Of a DNA stretch of 64,000 nt, positions 27,533 to 36,889 are shown piece after piece. Position 1 is the first letter of the stretch; each line of letters starts with the position of its first letter. A program made the position numbers and the translations under genes. Origin of the DNA: a virus; IMG/VR virus record IMGVR_UViG_3300011429_000001, positions 15,962 through 79,961 of that record; one strand, written 5' to 3'. The notes beneath the pieces are model-generated. The model saw nothing but the letters and a program-made list of their open reading frames with translations, was not told the origin of the DNA and made no database searches.

Positions 27533-29112
27533 TCGTCGACCTCCTCGACTTGGATGCTGTCGGCGCGACCGCGCGGGTCACGACGAATGGTCAGCGAGCG
27601 GCGGCCCTTCTTCTTCGCCTTCGGTGGCCGAGCGCGTTCGGCGGCCAGTTGGAGCTTCGCCTCCCGCAACCGCGCCGCGAGTTGCTGCGCGTCGGCGACG
27701 TCCGGCATCGCGACGAGCTCGTCTTCTTCCAGTGGGTCGTAGTCGAGGATGTTGTCGCGGATCTCGTTCGTCGTTATGATCTGCTCGCCCTGATCCGCGT
27801 TCGCCTTCGCGGCCTTCGCCGCGAGGTCGAGGCGCTCCGAGAGGTCGAGGTCCTGCACGTCTGGCCAGCGCACCTCGTAGCTCTCGGGCGTCGGCGGGAG
27901 TTGCCCGAGGAGCTGGAGGCGCTCGACGAGCGGCCGCAGGATGACCGACTCGGCGAACTGTCGGCGCCGGTCGCGGATGTTCTGCCCCCAGTTGCCGCGG
28001 TCCTGCGAGCTCGCGAGGTCTCCCATCTCGCTGCCCATGAAGATGCGCTTTGGGATGCCGTATGGCGTCACGATCAACGAGATGAGCGCATCGATCTGCC
28101 GGTCGAACTGCGCGACGTCGCTGCTGCCGACCTCGTCGAGCTTCACGCCGGAGAGGCGGACCCATCGACGAAGGCCGTGCACCAGCTTGTCGATCTCCTC
28201 CTCGATGAGGGCCTCGTCGCCGGTCTTCAGCACCGTGCCCGGGTCGAGGGCGGCGGCGAGCATCGGCTGGACGCGGCGCCAGAACGCCTCGGACCCGGCG
28301 CCCGCGACCTTTTCGAGATCGTCGAGCCAGTTCCAGACGCTCGCGAGCATCGGCTCGCCCCACTCGTCCTCCTCGACCGCCTCGTCGGCGATGTGGATGA
28401 CGCGATTCCAGTGAACGAACTGCGAGCCCGACGTGCCGTTCGACTTCAACAGCTTCGTAAACTGGTAGCGACTCGGTTGCCCGAACCGCGGCGAGAGCCG
28501 GTCGTTGTCGAGGTCGCCGTCCTGCACCTTGACGCGGAGCTCGCTGAACTGCTTGATGTAGGCGACGCTCCCGGGCTTCGTCTTCTTCGCCTCGCCGCCG
28601 AGCGCGCCAGGGTAGCCGAGGAGGAGGACCGAGAAGCGACCGAGCTGCGACAGGATGTCGCCCTTCCGCATCCGGTCCCACGCGCGCGTCCGCGCCGCGA
28701 ACTCGATCCACGCGGCCTCGAACGGCGTCACGATGTCGACGTTGTCGTCCTGGACGAGGTCTGCGCCGGAGCGCCACGTCGCGTTCGGGAGCGCGTTCAC
28801 CAAGCGGCGCGCGACGCCGTTCCGGCGGTAGCGATCCCAGTAGAGCTCCGGCGTGATCGTCCTCGTATAGCCGAGCGCGGTGTAGTAATCGCGCTTGCCC
28901 TCGAACCCGAAGCCGTGGAGGCTCGCGAACGAGAGCCGGTCGTGGATCGCGCCGAGTTGCTTCAGGACTGCTTGCGCTTCGGCGGTCGAGAACCGCGGAT
29001 CCTTGTTCCCCTTCGGCACGACCTCGATCGCGGTGGTGGTGGCGGACGCTGCTGCTGCGGGTATCGTCGCGCGCGTTGTCGTGCGGCGACGCTGCGTCGT
29101 CCTCTTGGCCAT
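27529..29112 (-). CDS. Portal protein (DUF1073 type)
   Basis: YRRNGVARRLV...FIHWNRVIH-like HWNRVIH...GIPKRIFMGSEMGDLASSQD; immediately after TerL. Confidence 0.9.
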   Translation of the reverse strand: MAKRTTQRRRTTTRATIPAAAASATTTAIEVVPKGNKDPRFSTAEAQAVLKQLGAIHDRLSFASLHGFGFEGKRDYYTALGYTRTITPELYWDRYRRNGVARRLVNALPNATWRSGADLVQDDNVDIVTPFEAAWIEFAARTRAWDRMRKGDILSQLGRFSVLLLGYPGALGGEAKKTKPGSVAYIKQFSELRVKVQDGDLDNDRLSPRFGQPSRYQFTKLLKSNGTSGSQFVHWNRVIHIADEAVEEDEWGEPMLASVWNWLDDLEKVAGAGSEAFWRRVQPMLAAALDPGTVLKTGDEALIEEEIDKLVHGLRRWVRLSGVKLDEVGSSDVAQFDRQIDALISLIVTPYGIPKRIFMGSEMGDLASSQDRGNWGQNIRDRRRQFAESVILRPLVERLQLLGQLPPTPESYEVRWPDVQDLDLSERLDLAAKAAKANADQGEQIITTNEIRDNILDYDPLEEDELVAMPDVADAQQLAARLREAKLQLAAERARPPKAKKKGRRSLTIRRDPRGRADSIQVEEVDE

Positions 29113-29118
29113 GTGTGT

Positions 29119-30804
29119 TTACCTTCTCGGTTGCGCCTTCGCGTTGCGCGCGCCGCCCCAGACACCGGCGACCGGCTTCTCGGGCTCGACCTCGCGCTCT
29201 TCTATGCCCGCATATATTACCCCCTCGCCGCGATCCGGCGAGCGTCCGATGCGTTTCTTGATATCTTCCTTCGACTCGACGCGGATGCCGCGGACGGTCA
29301 TCTCGAAGCGCGCGGCCGTTAGGTCGGCGCGCATCTGCGGGTCCGGCGGGAGCGCGACGTTGTGACCCTTCGACGGGTCGAGGAGCTCGCGCATACCCCA
29401 GTGCCACTTCGCGCGTTTGTTGACGAAGCGGATCTCGCCGGTCGAGTCCGTCGACTCCGTACCGTGCCCGCCGTGTAGCCCGATGACCTTCTTGTAGCCG
29501 AGGCCGACCAGCGAGTCCTTCGTCGACGCGCCCTCGGAGTCGGAGTCGATCTGAACGCGGACGTCCTTGTTCGGGACGTGCGTCGCGACGTGCTGCGCGC
29601 CCTCGGGTCCGGTCCTCATCCCGGTCGACCGCTGCGCGACCGGCTCGGCGAACCACGGGCCGTATCGCTTCACGATGACGAACTCGTCGCCGCCGCCCCA
29701 CGACGGGTCGATGCCGACCTGCGTCAGCGGCCAGCTTCCGGCGCCGTCCTCGGTCCACCGTGCCTGCGCCTTCAGGACCCAGTCCGTCGGAATTACCTGA
29801 CGCGGGTGATCTTGAATCGACGCGCCGAAGTTACCTGAGCCCAAATTCCGGAACCCTCCCGAGAGGCCGCCGAGCACCCTCGCGTAGCCGGTCCGCATGT
29901 ATGTCGGGTTGTCCTCTACCGACGATGGGATGAAGGTCCGACTCCGCGGCCAGGCGATTCTACCGCCGCACTCGGGACACTTCATCGGGTTACTCGTCAC
30001 GTCGTGCTTGCACTTCGGGTTGTCGCCGCCGAAGACGATCGCCTGCGGTCGACCGGCGCCGAACTTCGGACCCGGGATCTCGATGTCGACGTCGTTGTCG
30101 TCTGTGACGAACCAGCGGAGCTCGCCCGGCCCGGCAGGGTTCGGATGTCGAAGGTCGAGCCACGGTGCCCAGTAGCGGATGACCCACTCGCCCTCGGACG
30201 TCAGCGGCGGGTTGCCGGTACCGACGACGCGCGTGCGCTGTCCCTCGCGCGACGTGCGCAGCCACGCGATGAGGAGTCGATACGCGCCCTCTGGAATCTC
30301 TGGGATCTCGTCGAAGGCCTTCAGGTCGTGCGGTCGGCCGGACCACTTCAACCACTCGGAGATCGTCGCGCCGGTCTGACCGAACTCCAACTTGCGAGCG
30401 CCGGGCAGCCGCTCGAACATGTGCTTGTTCTGGTTGTAGCGGTCGCGGAGGCCGACCATCTCTTGCGCGACCGCGATGAGGCCCTCGGCGCCGGAGAACT
30501 GCGTGAACTCGCGGCGGAAGATGATCGAGTTCTTGTGCTTCGTCATCGCGAGGCCGAGCGCGAGCTGCGACTTGCCGCCGCCCGGGCCGCCGCCGAAGAA
30601 GAGCTCGTCGGCGAACGACTCGATCGCGAGCTCCTGAGGCGAGAGCACGCGGCCGTCCGGCATGTCGAAGCCGCGGCCCGGTTGTGCGGCGAGCGGCGTC
30701 CAGATCGGCGCAGCGTCGACGGCCGACGCGCCCGCGTCTTCGAGCTCTTGGATCGCCGCGCGCACCGCTTCGTGGAGCGGCGCCGCCGCTTGTCGTCTCG
30801 CCAT
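29119..30804 (-). CDS. Terminase large subunit
   Basis: Walker A FFGGGPGGGKS, Walker B KAFDEI, GTGNPP, nuclease GIDPSWGGGD and SPDRGE. Confidence 0.95.
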   Translation of the reverse strand: MARRQAAAPLHEAVRAAIQELEDAGASAVDAAPIWTPLAAQPGRGFDMPDGRVLSPQELAIESFADELFFGGGPGGGKSQLALGLAMTKHKNSIIFRREFTQFSGAEGLIAVAQEMVGLRDRYNQNKHMFERLPGARKLEFGQTGATISEWLKWSGRPHDLKAFDEIPEIPEGAYRLLIAWLRTSREGQRTRVVGTGNPPLTSEGEWVIRYWAPWLDLRHPNPAGPGELRWFVTDDNDVDIEIPGPKFGAGRPQAIVFGGDNPKCKHDVTSNPMKCPECGGRIAWPRSRTFIPSSVEDNPTYMRTGYARVLGGLSGGFRNLGSGNFGASIQDHPRQVIPTDWVLKAQARWTEDGAGSWPLTQVGIDPSWGGGDEFVIVKRYGPWFAEPVAQRSTGMRTGPEGAQHVATHVPNKDVRVQIDSDSEGASTKDSLVGLGYKKVIGLHGGHGTESTDSTGEIRFVNKRAKWHWGMRELLDPSKGHNVALPPDPQMRADLTAARFEMTVRGIRVESKEDIKKRIGRSPDRGEGVIYAGIEEREVEPEKPVAGVWGGARNAKAQPRR

Positions 30805-30821
30805 CTAGGATCGTCTTAGGG

Positions 30822-31217
30822 TCAGGCTACGTGTTTCGCGTAGTCTAGCGCGGCTCGGAGTCGGCTGCCTTCGCTCGCCAGCGCGCAGAGGATCTCTTCG
30901 CTCAGTTGCTTCGTCGAGAGGGCGCTCGGTGCGTCGAGGAACTGACGCTCGATCGCGGACCAATCGTAACGAAGCCGCACGACGCGCGCGCCGGAGTAGG
31001 GCGACGTCGCGACGGTCGGACCGACGATCGGCAACGGCATCGTGAGCTCGATGTAGTACGCGTTCCTCTGGTCGCTGACCGTGCACCAGTATGAGATCTC
31101 GCGCGCGGCCCACTGAGGGTTCGGACGCGTCGGCCGATCGTAGCGCGCCTTATTCGCGCGCCAGACTCTCCAGTGGCTAGAGTCGGGATCGGTCGGCTGG
31201 ATCTCGACGACGATCAC
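30822..31217 (-). CDS. Hypothetical protein
   Basis: GTGA-coupled start. Confidence 0.55.
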   Translation of the reverse strand: MIVVEIQPTDPDSSHWRVWRANKARYDRPTRPNPQWAAREISYWCTVSDQRNAYYIELTMPLPIVGPTVATSPYSGARVVRLRYDWSAIERQFLDAPSALSTKQLSEEILCALASEGSRLRAALDYAKHVA

Positions 31218-31465
31218 GAGCGGTTCCTCGCGAGCGCCTCGATGCGTTGGGAGAGGTTCATCGTGTAGGTCTCGGCCCGGCCGCGGCGACTCCACGCGCC
31301 GACGGTCGTCCTCGCAACCCCCAGGCGGTCGAGCGTCGCGTGCGCGGCGTTCAGTTCGGCGGCGACGTAACCCTCGATCGGCGCGCGCTTCAGCGGCGGC
31401 GCCGGTGGCGGGTCCGGCCGCGTCTGATTCGTCGGAGGCGGCGTCGGTTGCTTGCGGTCGCCCAC
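31214..31465 (-). CDS. Hypothetical protein, Pro-rich N-terminus
   Basis: GTG start directly after the upstream TAA. Confidence 0.5.
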   Translation of the reverse strand: MGDRKQPTPPPTNQTRPDPPPAPPLKRAPIEGYVAAELNAAHATLDRLGVARTTVGAWSRRGRAETYTMNLSQRIEALARNRS

Positions 31466-31466
31466 C

Positions 31467-31520
31467 TTACTTGCCCCACGGACGCTTCGGCGGCTTCGGC
31501 GGTCTCGGTCTCTTAGCCAC
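31467..31520 (-). CDS. 17-aa Pro/Lys/Arg-rich peptide MAKRPRPPKPPKRPWGK
   Basis: GAGGAGG RBS before GTG; fills the gap between two coupled ORFs exactly. Confidence 0.45.
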   Translation of the reverse strand: MAKRPRPPKPPKRPWGK

Positions 31521-31803
31521 GGATCCTCCTCTGCACGGCCTCGATGCGCTCGCGGCTCGCGTGGATGTGAGTATAGCGATCCCAATACTCGGGAAACGCT
31601 TCCTTGATTCTGCGCAGGTTGTCGGCGTCGGCGTGGTAGCAGAGCTCGGCGAGATGCTTACAAAAGTTGCCGCCGTATTCGCTCATCGCGGCGATCGTGT
31701 TGATGTCGGCGTCCCGCTGCGCGGCGTTCGCCGGGCCGGTGATGCCGAGGATCTCGGGCGGGAGGTTGCTGTCGTCGGGTTCGGTCGAGCGGGTGGTCGC
31801 CAT
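31513..31803 (-). CDS. Conserved phage hypothetical protein
   Basis: YGGNFCKHLAELCYHADADNLRRIKEAFPEYW; AGGAG RBS. Confidence 0.7.
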   Translation of the reverse strand: MATTRSTEPDDSNLPPEILGITGPANAAQRDADINTIAAMSEYGGNFCKHLAELCYHADADNLRRIKEAFPEYWDRYTHIHASRERIEAVQRRIRG

Positions 31804-31941
31804 TCGCTGCTCCTCGTGCGGTAGCTGGCGCCGCCGCACTCGATGCGACGGCGCCGGAACTCCTTCCGCGCGTGGCGGACGAGCTGCTCGAAATACTACC
31901 GCAGGCTGCTGCGACCTGCTACTGCGATCTGCTGCTCCGTC

Positions 31942-32409
31942 CTACATCTCCGACGCGGCGTCTGGCTCCGGCTTCGTCAACGGCTGACCGCTCGTCGGGA
32001 GCGGCAATCCGCCCGGATGGTCGCGCAACTGCTGCTCGGCCTCGGCGGTCGCGGCCTGCTGCTCGCTGCGGTGCTCGCCGACCGACTTCCCTTGATTGAA
32101 GTTCGATTCCGACGTGATGTCGGCGTTCGCGTTATCCGCGCTGTTGGCGTTCATCGGCGTCGCGGCGCCGTTACCCTTCGCGACCGGTGCCGCTGGCGCG
32201 ACGCGCGTGCCGGGAACCGGCTGCGTGGTCGTCGTTGCGTTGCTGCTCCTTCGCTCCGGCGCCGAACGCGGAGCGGGCGCCGCGGGAACGCGCTGCGGAG
32301 CCGGTGCGGTCACCGGACGCGTCGGCGTCGAGGGCGTCGCCGGGGTTCGCGGCGAAGTCTTCGCCGCAGCGGACTTCGGCGCGGGCTTCGTGCCTTTGCT
32401 CTTGCTCAT
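31942..32409 (-). CDS. Low-complexity Pro/Ala/Thr-rich protein
   Basis: GGAGG RBS; TPATPSTPTRPVTAP, TTTTQP. Confidence 0.7.
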   Translation of the reverse strand: MSKSKGTKPAPKSAAAKTSPRTPATPSTPTRPVTAPAPQRVPAAPAPRSAPERRSSNATTTTQPVPGTRVAPAAPVAKGNGAATPMNANSADNANADITSESNFNQGKSVGEHRSEQQAATAEAEQQLRDHPGGLPLPTSGQPLTKPEPDAASEM

Positions 32410-32494
32410 CTGACTACCTCCGCGAGCAAGCTAAAGCGAAACGCGTACCAGCCGCGCCGGATGAACGCGGCTGGCACGACAGAAAGCGCGAGCG

Positions 32495-32788
32495 TCAGGG
32501 GATCGGGTTGTCCGGGTTAGCGCCGAGCGCCTTCAAGCCGTCAGCGACGGCGTTCAGCTCGGCGAGGACGTTCGCCTCGGCCTCGGCCGAGAGCCCTTGC
32601 CCGGTAACCTGTTCCTGCAGCTTTTGGATCCGCTCGGCGATCGAGTTCGTCGCCTCGTTGAACTTCGCGACCAGTGCGTCAAATTCTTCCTTGGTAGCCA
32701 TCTGTTTGAGTCTCCTTCGAGTGAGTTCGCCGCGGACCGCCACCACGGCGACCGCGACGACGACGACGAGCGTGACGATGTCGTTCAT
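32495..32788 (-). CDS. Membrane-anchored coiled-coil protein
   Basis: N-terminal hydrophobic LVVVVAVAVVAV, then heptad repeats. Confidence 0.6.
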   Translation of the reverse strand: MNDIVTLVVVVAVAVVAVRGELTRRRLKQMATKEEFDALVAKFNEATNSIAERIQKLQEQVTGQGLSAEAEANVLAELNAVADGLKALGANPDNPIP

Positions 32789-32799
32789 AGGCGCGTAGT

Positions 32800-33033
32800 C
32801 TACTCCTCGCTGTCCTGCGCGGCGAGGACCGCCTCTTGCTGCCCGCGGTGGAACTCTAGGTAGTCCGTCGTGCCCTTCTCGAACGGGCAACCCTTCGGGA
32901 CCTCCGAGTTCGGCCACGCGCTGTAGGTATATTCGAGGTAGCCCTTGCCGCGTGGACTCGCGGCGTCGTAGTCCGCCCGTATCGGCGGGTGGTCCTCGTC
33001 GATTACTCGTCGCTGCTGCTTCGCTTTCATCAT
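32800..33033 (-). CDS. Hypothetical protein
   Basis: 77 aa coupled ORF. Confidence 0.6.
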   Translation of the reverse strand: MMKAKQQRRVIDEDHPPIRADYDAASPRGKGYLEYTYSAWPNSEVPKGCPFEKGTTDYLEFHRGQQEAVLAAQDSEE

Positions 33034-33215
33034 CAGTTATCCTTCCGTGCGAGCGTGCTCAGAGCGGGGAGTCGCTGCGGTCGCTCGCGTCCGCAGACGA
33101 GGCAGCGCCATTCCGGCCAGACGCGCAAGATGGTGGCCTCGACCGGCTGCAGCTGGAGGCACCGACGACACCACATCCGCGTCTTCATCGCGATGGCGAT
33201 GTTGTAGAAGAGCAC
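33033..33215 (-). CDS. Small zinc-finger protein
   Basis: CRRC...CLVC. Confidence 0.5.
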   Translation of the reverse strand: MLFYNIAIAMKTRMWCRRCLQLQPVEATILRVWPEWRCLVCGRERPQRLPALSTLARKDN

Positions 33216-33230
33216 GGCCGAGAGAATAGC

Positions 33231-33485
33231 TCATCGCTTGGCCGAGTTCCCAACGCGATGCCGAACCCGGTGCAGTTGAATCGCGCGGAGGACGAGCTCG
33301 CGGTCTTCGTCCTTGAGAATGTGCTTCACGCCGTCGACGCGGATGTATGTCGGCGCGGTCTCGCTGTCGACCGAGACGGACTTGCAGTCGGCCGGGATCT
33401 CGTAGCCGACGTGGCGGAGCGCCTCTTGGATCGTCGAGATGACGTCGCCAGAAAGGAACTGCCGGAACGGCGAGCCGCGGCTCAC
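33231..33485 (-). CDS. Hypothetical protein (mini-family member 1)
   Basis: LRHVGYEIP...VSVD..TAPT...HR, similar to 34088..34324. Confidence 0.65.
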   Translation of the reverse strand: MSRGSPFRQFLSGDVISTIQEALRHVGYEIPADCKSVSVDSETAPTYIRVDGVKHILKDEDRELVLRAIQLHRVRHRVGNSAKR

Positions 33486-33883
33486 GAGATCTCCTCCTCG
33501 AACTCGATCGTCTCCTTGACTTCCGGGAGTCGAACGCTATACATCAACGCCCGCACGCTCGACACGCGCACGATCGCCGTCTCGCGCGCGCGGAGGTCGG
33601 CGACGATCCGCCGCGAGTCGTAGGTCAGGAACGTGGCCGCGTAGACGACGTACTCGCGGACGAGGGCCGGGCGTTTGGGGAAGTCTCGCGCGCGCAGGTC
33701 GCCGGTAACGGTGAGCGATCTGACCCGAACGTCCGGCGCAAGCTCGCGCCGCTTGCGGCGCACCTGCTTGAGCAACCTGACGACGACGCGCTGCCGCGCA
33801 ATCTCGGCGGCCGGGCGAGGGAGGTCGTCGACGACGACGTCGACGATGGTCGCGGCGTCCTTCGGGTCGATGCTATCGTTCAT
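33482..33883 (-). CDS. Hypothetical protein
   Basis: 133 aa coupled ORF. Confidence 0.6.
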   Translation of the reverse strand: MNDSIDPKDAATIVDVVVDDLPRPAAEIARQRVVVRLLKQVRRKRRELAPDVRVRSLTVTGDLRARDFPKRPALVREYVVYAATFLTYDSRRIVADLRARETAIVRVSSVRALMYSVRLPEVKETIEFEEEIS

Positions 33884-34091
33884 TGAGTCGTGCCTTTACC
33901 GCGAGGACTTGCATCGCGGCGCCGAGCTTGTGAAGCATCGGGCCGGTAAGGTTGCAGACGAAGATCAATTGAACGACGCCGTCGCCGGACGAGCGGATCT
34001 CCATGTTCACGATCTCGTCCGGGAGCGGGAAGTCCGCCTCTTTCATCGCTTCGTAGAGAAGGTTCGCCTGATCGGATAGCGGGTGCATCAC
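33873..34091 (-). CDS. Hypothetical protein (possible mini-family member 2)
   Basis: AMKEADFPLPDEIVNMEI. Confidence 0.6.
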   Translation of the reverse strand: MMHPLSDQANLLYEAMKEADFPLPDEIVNMEIRSSGDGVVQLIFVCNLTGPMLHKLGAAMQVLAVKARLNER

Positions 34092-34324
34092 CTATCGATC
34101 CTCATCGCGACGACGCGCGACGTGCGGTGGACGTCGAGCGCGGCGATCATCTGCGCGCGTTCGGCCTCTGTGAGGTCGCGAATCACCGCTGGCGCCGGTC
34201 CGCGCATCACGAACGAGACGCGCGTCGGCTCGGTGTAGTTGTCGATGATGACGTGCGACGCTTCCTCCGGGACGTCGAAGTCCATCGAGCGCAGGACGAC
34301 GAGGAGGCTCGGGATGGCGTTCAT
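34088..34324 (-). CDS. Hypothetical protein (mini-family member 3)
   Basis: LRSMDFDVPEEASHVIIDNYTEPT...HR; ATGA overlap. Confidence 0.65.
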   Translation of the reverse strand: MNAIPSLLVVLRSMDFDVPEEASHVIIDNYTEPTRVSFVMRGPAPAVIRDLTEAERAQMIAALDVHRTSRVVAMRIDR

Positions 34325-34533
34325 GCCTTCGGTTCGAGCGTCCAGTCGATCTGCTTCAGCAGGAACGCGATGGCGGCGCCGCTCGCGATGCACCCGTCGC
34401 AGAAGTCCTCGTAGGCTTGCGCCGCGTTGTCCTGATCCTGACCTTCCTCCGGGTCGATCGCGCGGACGGTTATCTCTAGGACTTCCGTCTGCTCGATGTG
34501 TCGCTTGCAGCTCCCGCAGATGCGCGCCATCAC
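34321..34533 (-). CDS. Small zinc-finger protein
   Basis: CGSC...DFCDGC. Confidence 0.65.
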   Translation of the reverse strand: MMARICGSCKRHIEQTEVLEITVRAIDPEEGQDQDNAAQAYEDFCDGCIASGAAIAFLLKQIDWTLEPKA

Positions 34534-34775
34534 GACGGCTTACGCAGTGACTCCGGGAGCGGCATCGGCGGGAGGCGGTGGTCGCGGACCGGCACGCGAC
34601 GAAGGATCTCGACGATCTCGTCGGCGGCCTTCGCGAGGACGGCCATCACCGCTGGATGGTCGCAGCGTTCGAGCTCGCCGTGCGTATGCGTGTGGTCGAG
34701 CGGCTGGATCTGGAGTGCGAACTTTACGTCGATCCCACCAGCGCCAACGGCGCGTCGGTCTAGTTGTATCTTCAT
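34530..34775 (-). CDS. Hypothetical protein (start uncertain)
   Basis: MKIQLDRR start after AGGA. Confidence 0.5.
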   Translation of the reverse strand: MKIQLDRRAVGAGGIDVKFALQIQPLDHTHTHGELERCDHPAVMAVLAKAADEIVEILRRVPVRDHRLPPMPLPESLRKPS

Positions 34776-34837
34776 TGGTTTCCTATCGTAGTTGCCCGCG
34801 CGCGCGGCGAGGACGATCTCCCATCCGGGACCGAACG

Positions 34838-35065
34838 TCAACGCACTATCCTGCCCGGGTCGTCCGGGTCGTCGAAAGGTAGCTGACCGACTACCTGCAT
34901 CGCGCGCTTCGTCGGCCAAATAAACAGCGAGATATGCGCGCGGATACGTTGCCACCTAGTTATGCGCGCGCGGCGAACGGCGTCGCGAAGGACTTGCCCG
35001 TCGTTCCGATCGCGTCTCCGCGGGTAGGGCTTTGCTGGTAGGCTCACATCAAGCTCACTCGCCAC
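34838..35065 (-). CDS. Hypothetical protein
   Basis: 75 aa; QLPF near the C-terminus. Confidence 0.45.
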   Translation of the reverse strand: MASELDVSLPAKPYPRRRDRNDGQVLRDAVRRARITRWQRIRAHISLFIWPTKRAMQVVGQLPFDDPDDPGRIVR

Positions 35066-35382
35066 GGGCCGATCTGTAGGATGGTTAGCGCGTAGTGCTC
35101 GTGGACGTCGCCGTGGTAGCTATCCTGCGACCAGCTCGCGCGACGCCACGAGAGCACGGCGACCTCCCAGAGGTAGCGTTCCTCGAACGAGAACCACTGA
35201 CTATAGAGGCGTCGCTTATGCGTGCGTGCGCGGAGGCAACACCTGTTCCAATCTATGAACCGGCGGAGCCGACTCGATCGAACGCGTCGAACGGCGGCGC
35301 GTAGCCGCTCGGCGGTATAGTCCCGCGGCGGCGCGTTACGGTCCGGCGGAGGCGGCGGAGGAACGTAGCCCATTGGTCGCAT
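35044..35382 (-). CDS. Hypothetical protein
   Basis: Poly-Pro N-terminus, Trp-rich body. Confidence 0.45.
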   Translation of the reverse strand: MRPMGYVPPPPPPDRNAPPRDYTAERLRAAVRRVRSSRLRRFIDWNRCCLRARTHKRRLYSQWFSFEERYLWEVAVLSWRRASWSQDSYHGDVHEHYALTILQIGPWRVSLM

Positions 35383-35402
35383 CCTCGGAATGGTGGCGCC
35401 CA

Positions 35403-35912
35403 CTACGGCAACCGTCCGGCCTTCGCGTCCTCGTCGTCGAACCAATCGCGACAGGCGCCGAAGTGAATCGAGCACGCAGCGTGGCACTTCCCGTCCGGGC
35501 TTCGGAAGACGACCGTCACCGGCGCTCCGAAGAGGATCTTCACGCGCTGCAGAAACGAGAGCCGCCGGTCGGACGAGAACCGCTTCCCGCTTCCGAGTTG
35601 CGCTTGGAGGTACCACGGGAACCCGGGCTTGAGTTGATCGACGTAGAGCGTGTAGAGGTCCGGAGCTTGCCGCATCCACCGGTCGTGCTGTCCGAGCTCC
35701 GTCTCGTGGTAGCCGCGCGTCCCGTCCGCGTTCGCTCGGACTTCGAGGTGGCCGTCAGGCGTCGTATAGCCGAGCGGCTTACTACTCCCGTCGTCCGGGA
35801 CGTCGTGCCCGGCCTCGCGCGCGAACCCGGTCTCGGTTCCGCAGTCGCACATCCCGCCGGTCCGCCGCTCGCAATCGCTCGCGTGATCTTCGATGTCGTC
35901 GCCGAACGTCAT
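35403..35912 (-). CDS. Hypothetical protein (His/Cys-rich)
   Basis: AAGGAG RBS; HASDC...CDC. Confidence 0.65.
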   Translation of the reverse strand: MTFGDDIEDHASDCERRTGGMCDCGTETGFAREAGHDVPDDGSSKPLGYTTPDGHLEVRANADGTRGYHETELGQHDRWMRQAPDLYTLYVDQLKPGFPWYLQAQLGSGKRFSSDRRLSFLQRVKILFGAPVTVVFRSPDGKCHAACSIHFGACRDWFDDEDAKAGRLP

Positions 35913-35925
35913 TGGCTGCTGCTCC

Positions 35926-36150
35926 TTACGTCTTCTTGTTAAGTTGCTTCCACTTGTCGACGTCCGGCTCGACCGACTCGATGGTGCAGGAAGTAGTCGC
36001 GAGCCCGGCGAGCCCGAACGTCTGCACCATCGCTTGCGTGCAGGCGTCGAGCGGCGAGTAGGCAAAGCATTTGACCTCTGTCCGAACCGGCGCGGCGTCG
36101 TCGCTCGCGACCGCTCGGAGCTTCACGATGAACGGGAGTGGCTCCGGCAT
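35926..36150 (-). CDS. Hypothetical protein
   Basis: 74 aa coupled ORF. Confidence 0.55.
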   Translation of the reverse strand: MPEPLPFIVKLRAVASDDAAPVRTEVKCFAYSPLDACTQAMVQTFGLAGLATTSCTIESVEPDVDKWKQLNKKT

Positions 36151-36395
36151 TAGACGTGCTGCATTATACGTTCTCGACGGCTCGGTATCGGGTCGTCGAT
36201 CTTGACGCCGTTCCGCAACATAATCCGCCGCTTAAAGTCGCAGATCGTCGCGAAGAGATCCGCCCAGTCCTCGGCCGTTACGCAGGCGTGCGGCTTCCCC
36301 TTCTTGTATTGCGCCCACGCCCGCTCCTCCGTCGGCGTGAGCTTCGCGTTCACCGCGCGCAGCATCTCGCCGCGCGTCGTCGTTCGCGCCGTCAT
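36150..36395 (-). CDS. Hypothetical protein
   Basis: ATGA-coupled start MTARTTT. Confidence 0.55.
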   Translation of the reverse strand: MTARTTTRGEMLRAVNAKLTPTEERAWAQYKKGKPHACVTAEDWADLFATICDFKRRIMLRNGVKIDDPIPSRRERIMQHV

Positions 36396-36889
36396 CCGTT
36401 CCCCGGCGGCGTGGACTCTCCGCACGTGCAGATCGCGAGCGCCTCGTAGACGGACCCGAGCGGAGTCGTCGTCCACCTCGCGCAGGTATCCTTATGAAAT
36501 AGCATGTCGGATCCGGGGAGCGGCGAGGCGAGCGGGTTCGCCTTCTTGTCCGCTTGCTTGAGGCGGCACTTCTCGATGACCTCTGGTCGATTCACGCGCC
36601 CGATCTCCAACGCGGCGCAGCGATGCATGTCGAGACCGTGGGCGGCGCAGAACCCGGCGAGCGTCAGAAGCACACCCCCGACCTCCTGCTCCGACGTGCC
36701 CGGCTTCCGGCCGTAGACGTACTCGACGAGCGCGTGGGCCTCGTGCTGCGATGCGCCCGCCGCCTGTCCGAGTTCGAGCGCCTCTTCGAGGAAGCGATGG
36801 GTCCGCTCCCGCTTGTCCTTGCTCGATTCGTCGCCGAACGCGCGCGAGATCCAGCGGGTAACGAGCGCCTGAAAGACTTGCATTATCAC
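36392..36889 (-). CDS. MazG-like (all-alpha NTP pyrophosphatase) protein
   Basis: RFLEEALEL...EQEVGGVLLTL (EExxE...ExG pattern). Confidence 0.7.
   Translation of the reverse strand: MIMQVFQALVTRWISRAFGDESSKDKRERTHRFLEEALELGQAAGASQHEAHALVEYVYGRKPGTSEQEVGGVLLTLAGFCAAHGLDMHRCAALEIGRVNRPEVIEKCRLKQADKKANPLASPLPGSDMLFHKDTCARWTTTPLGSVYEALAICTCGESTPPGNG

Noticed and set aside
27529-29112. Anti-CBASS Acb1 label sometimes attached to DUF1073 proteins
   Set aside because: Size, position after TerL and motifs indicate a portal; no 2H-phosphoesterase HxT motif pair recognised
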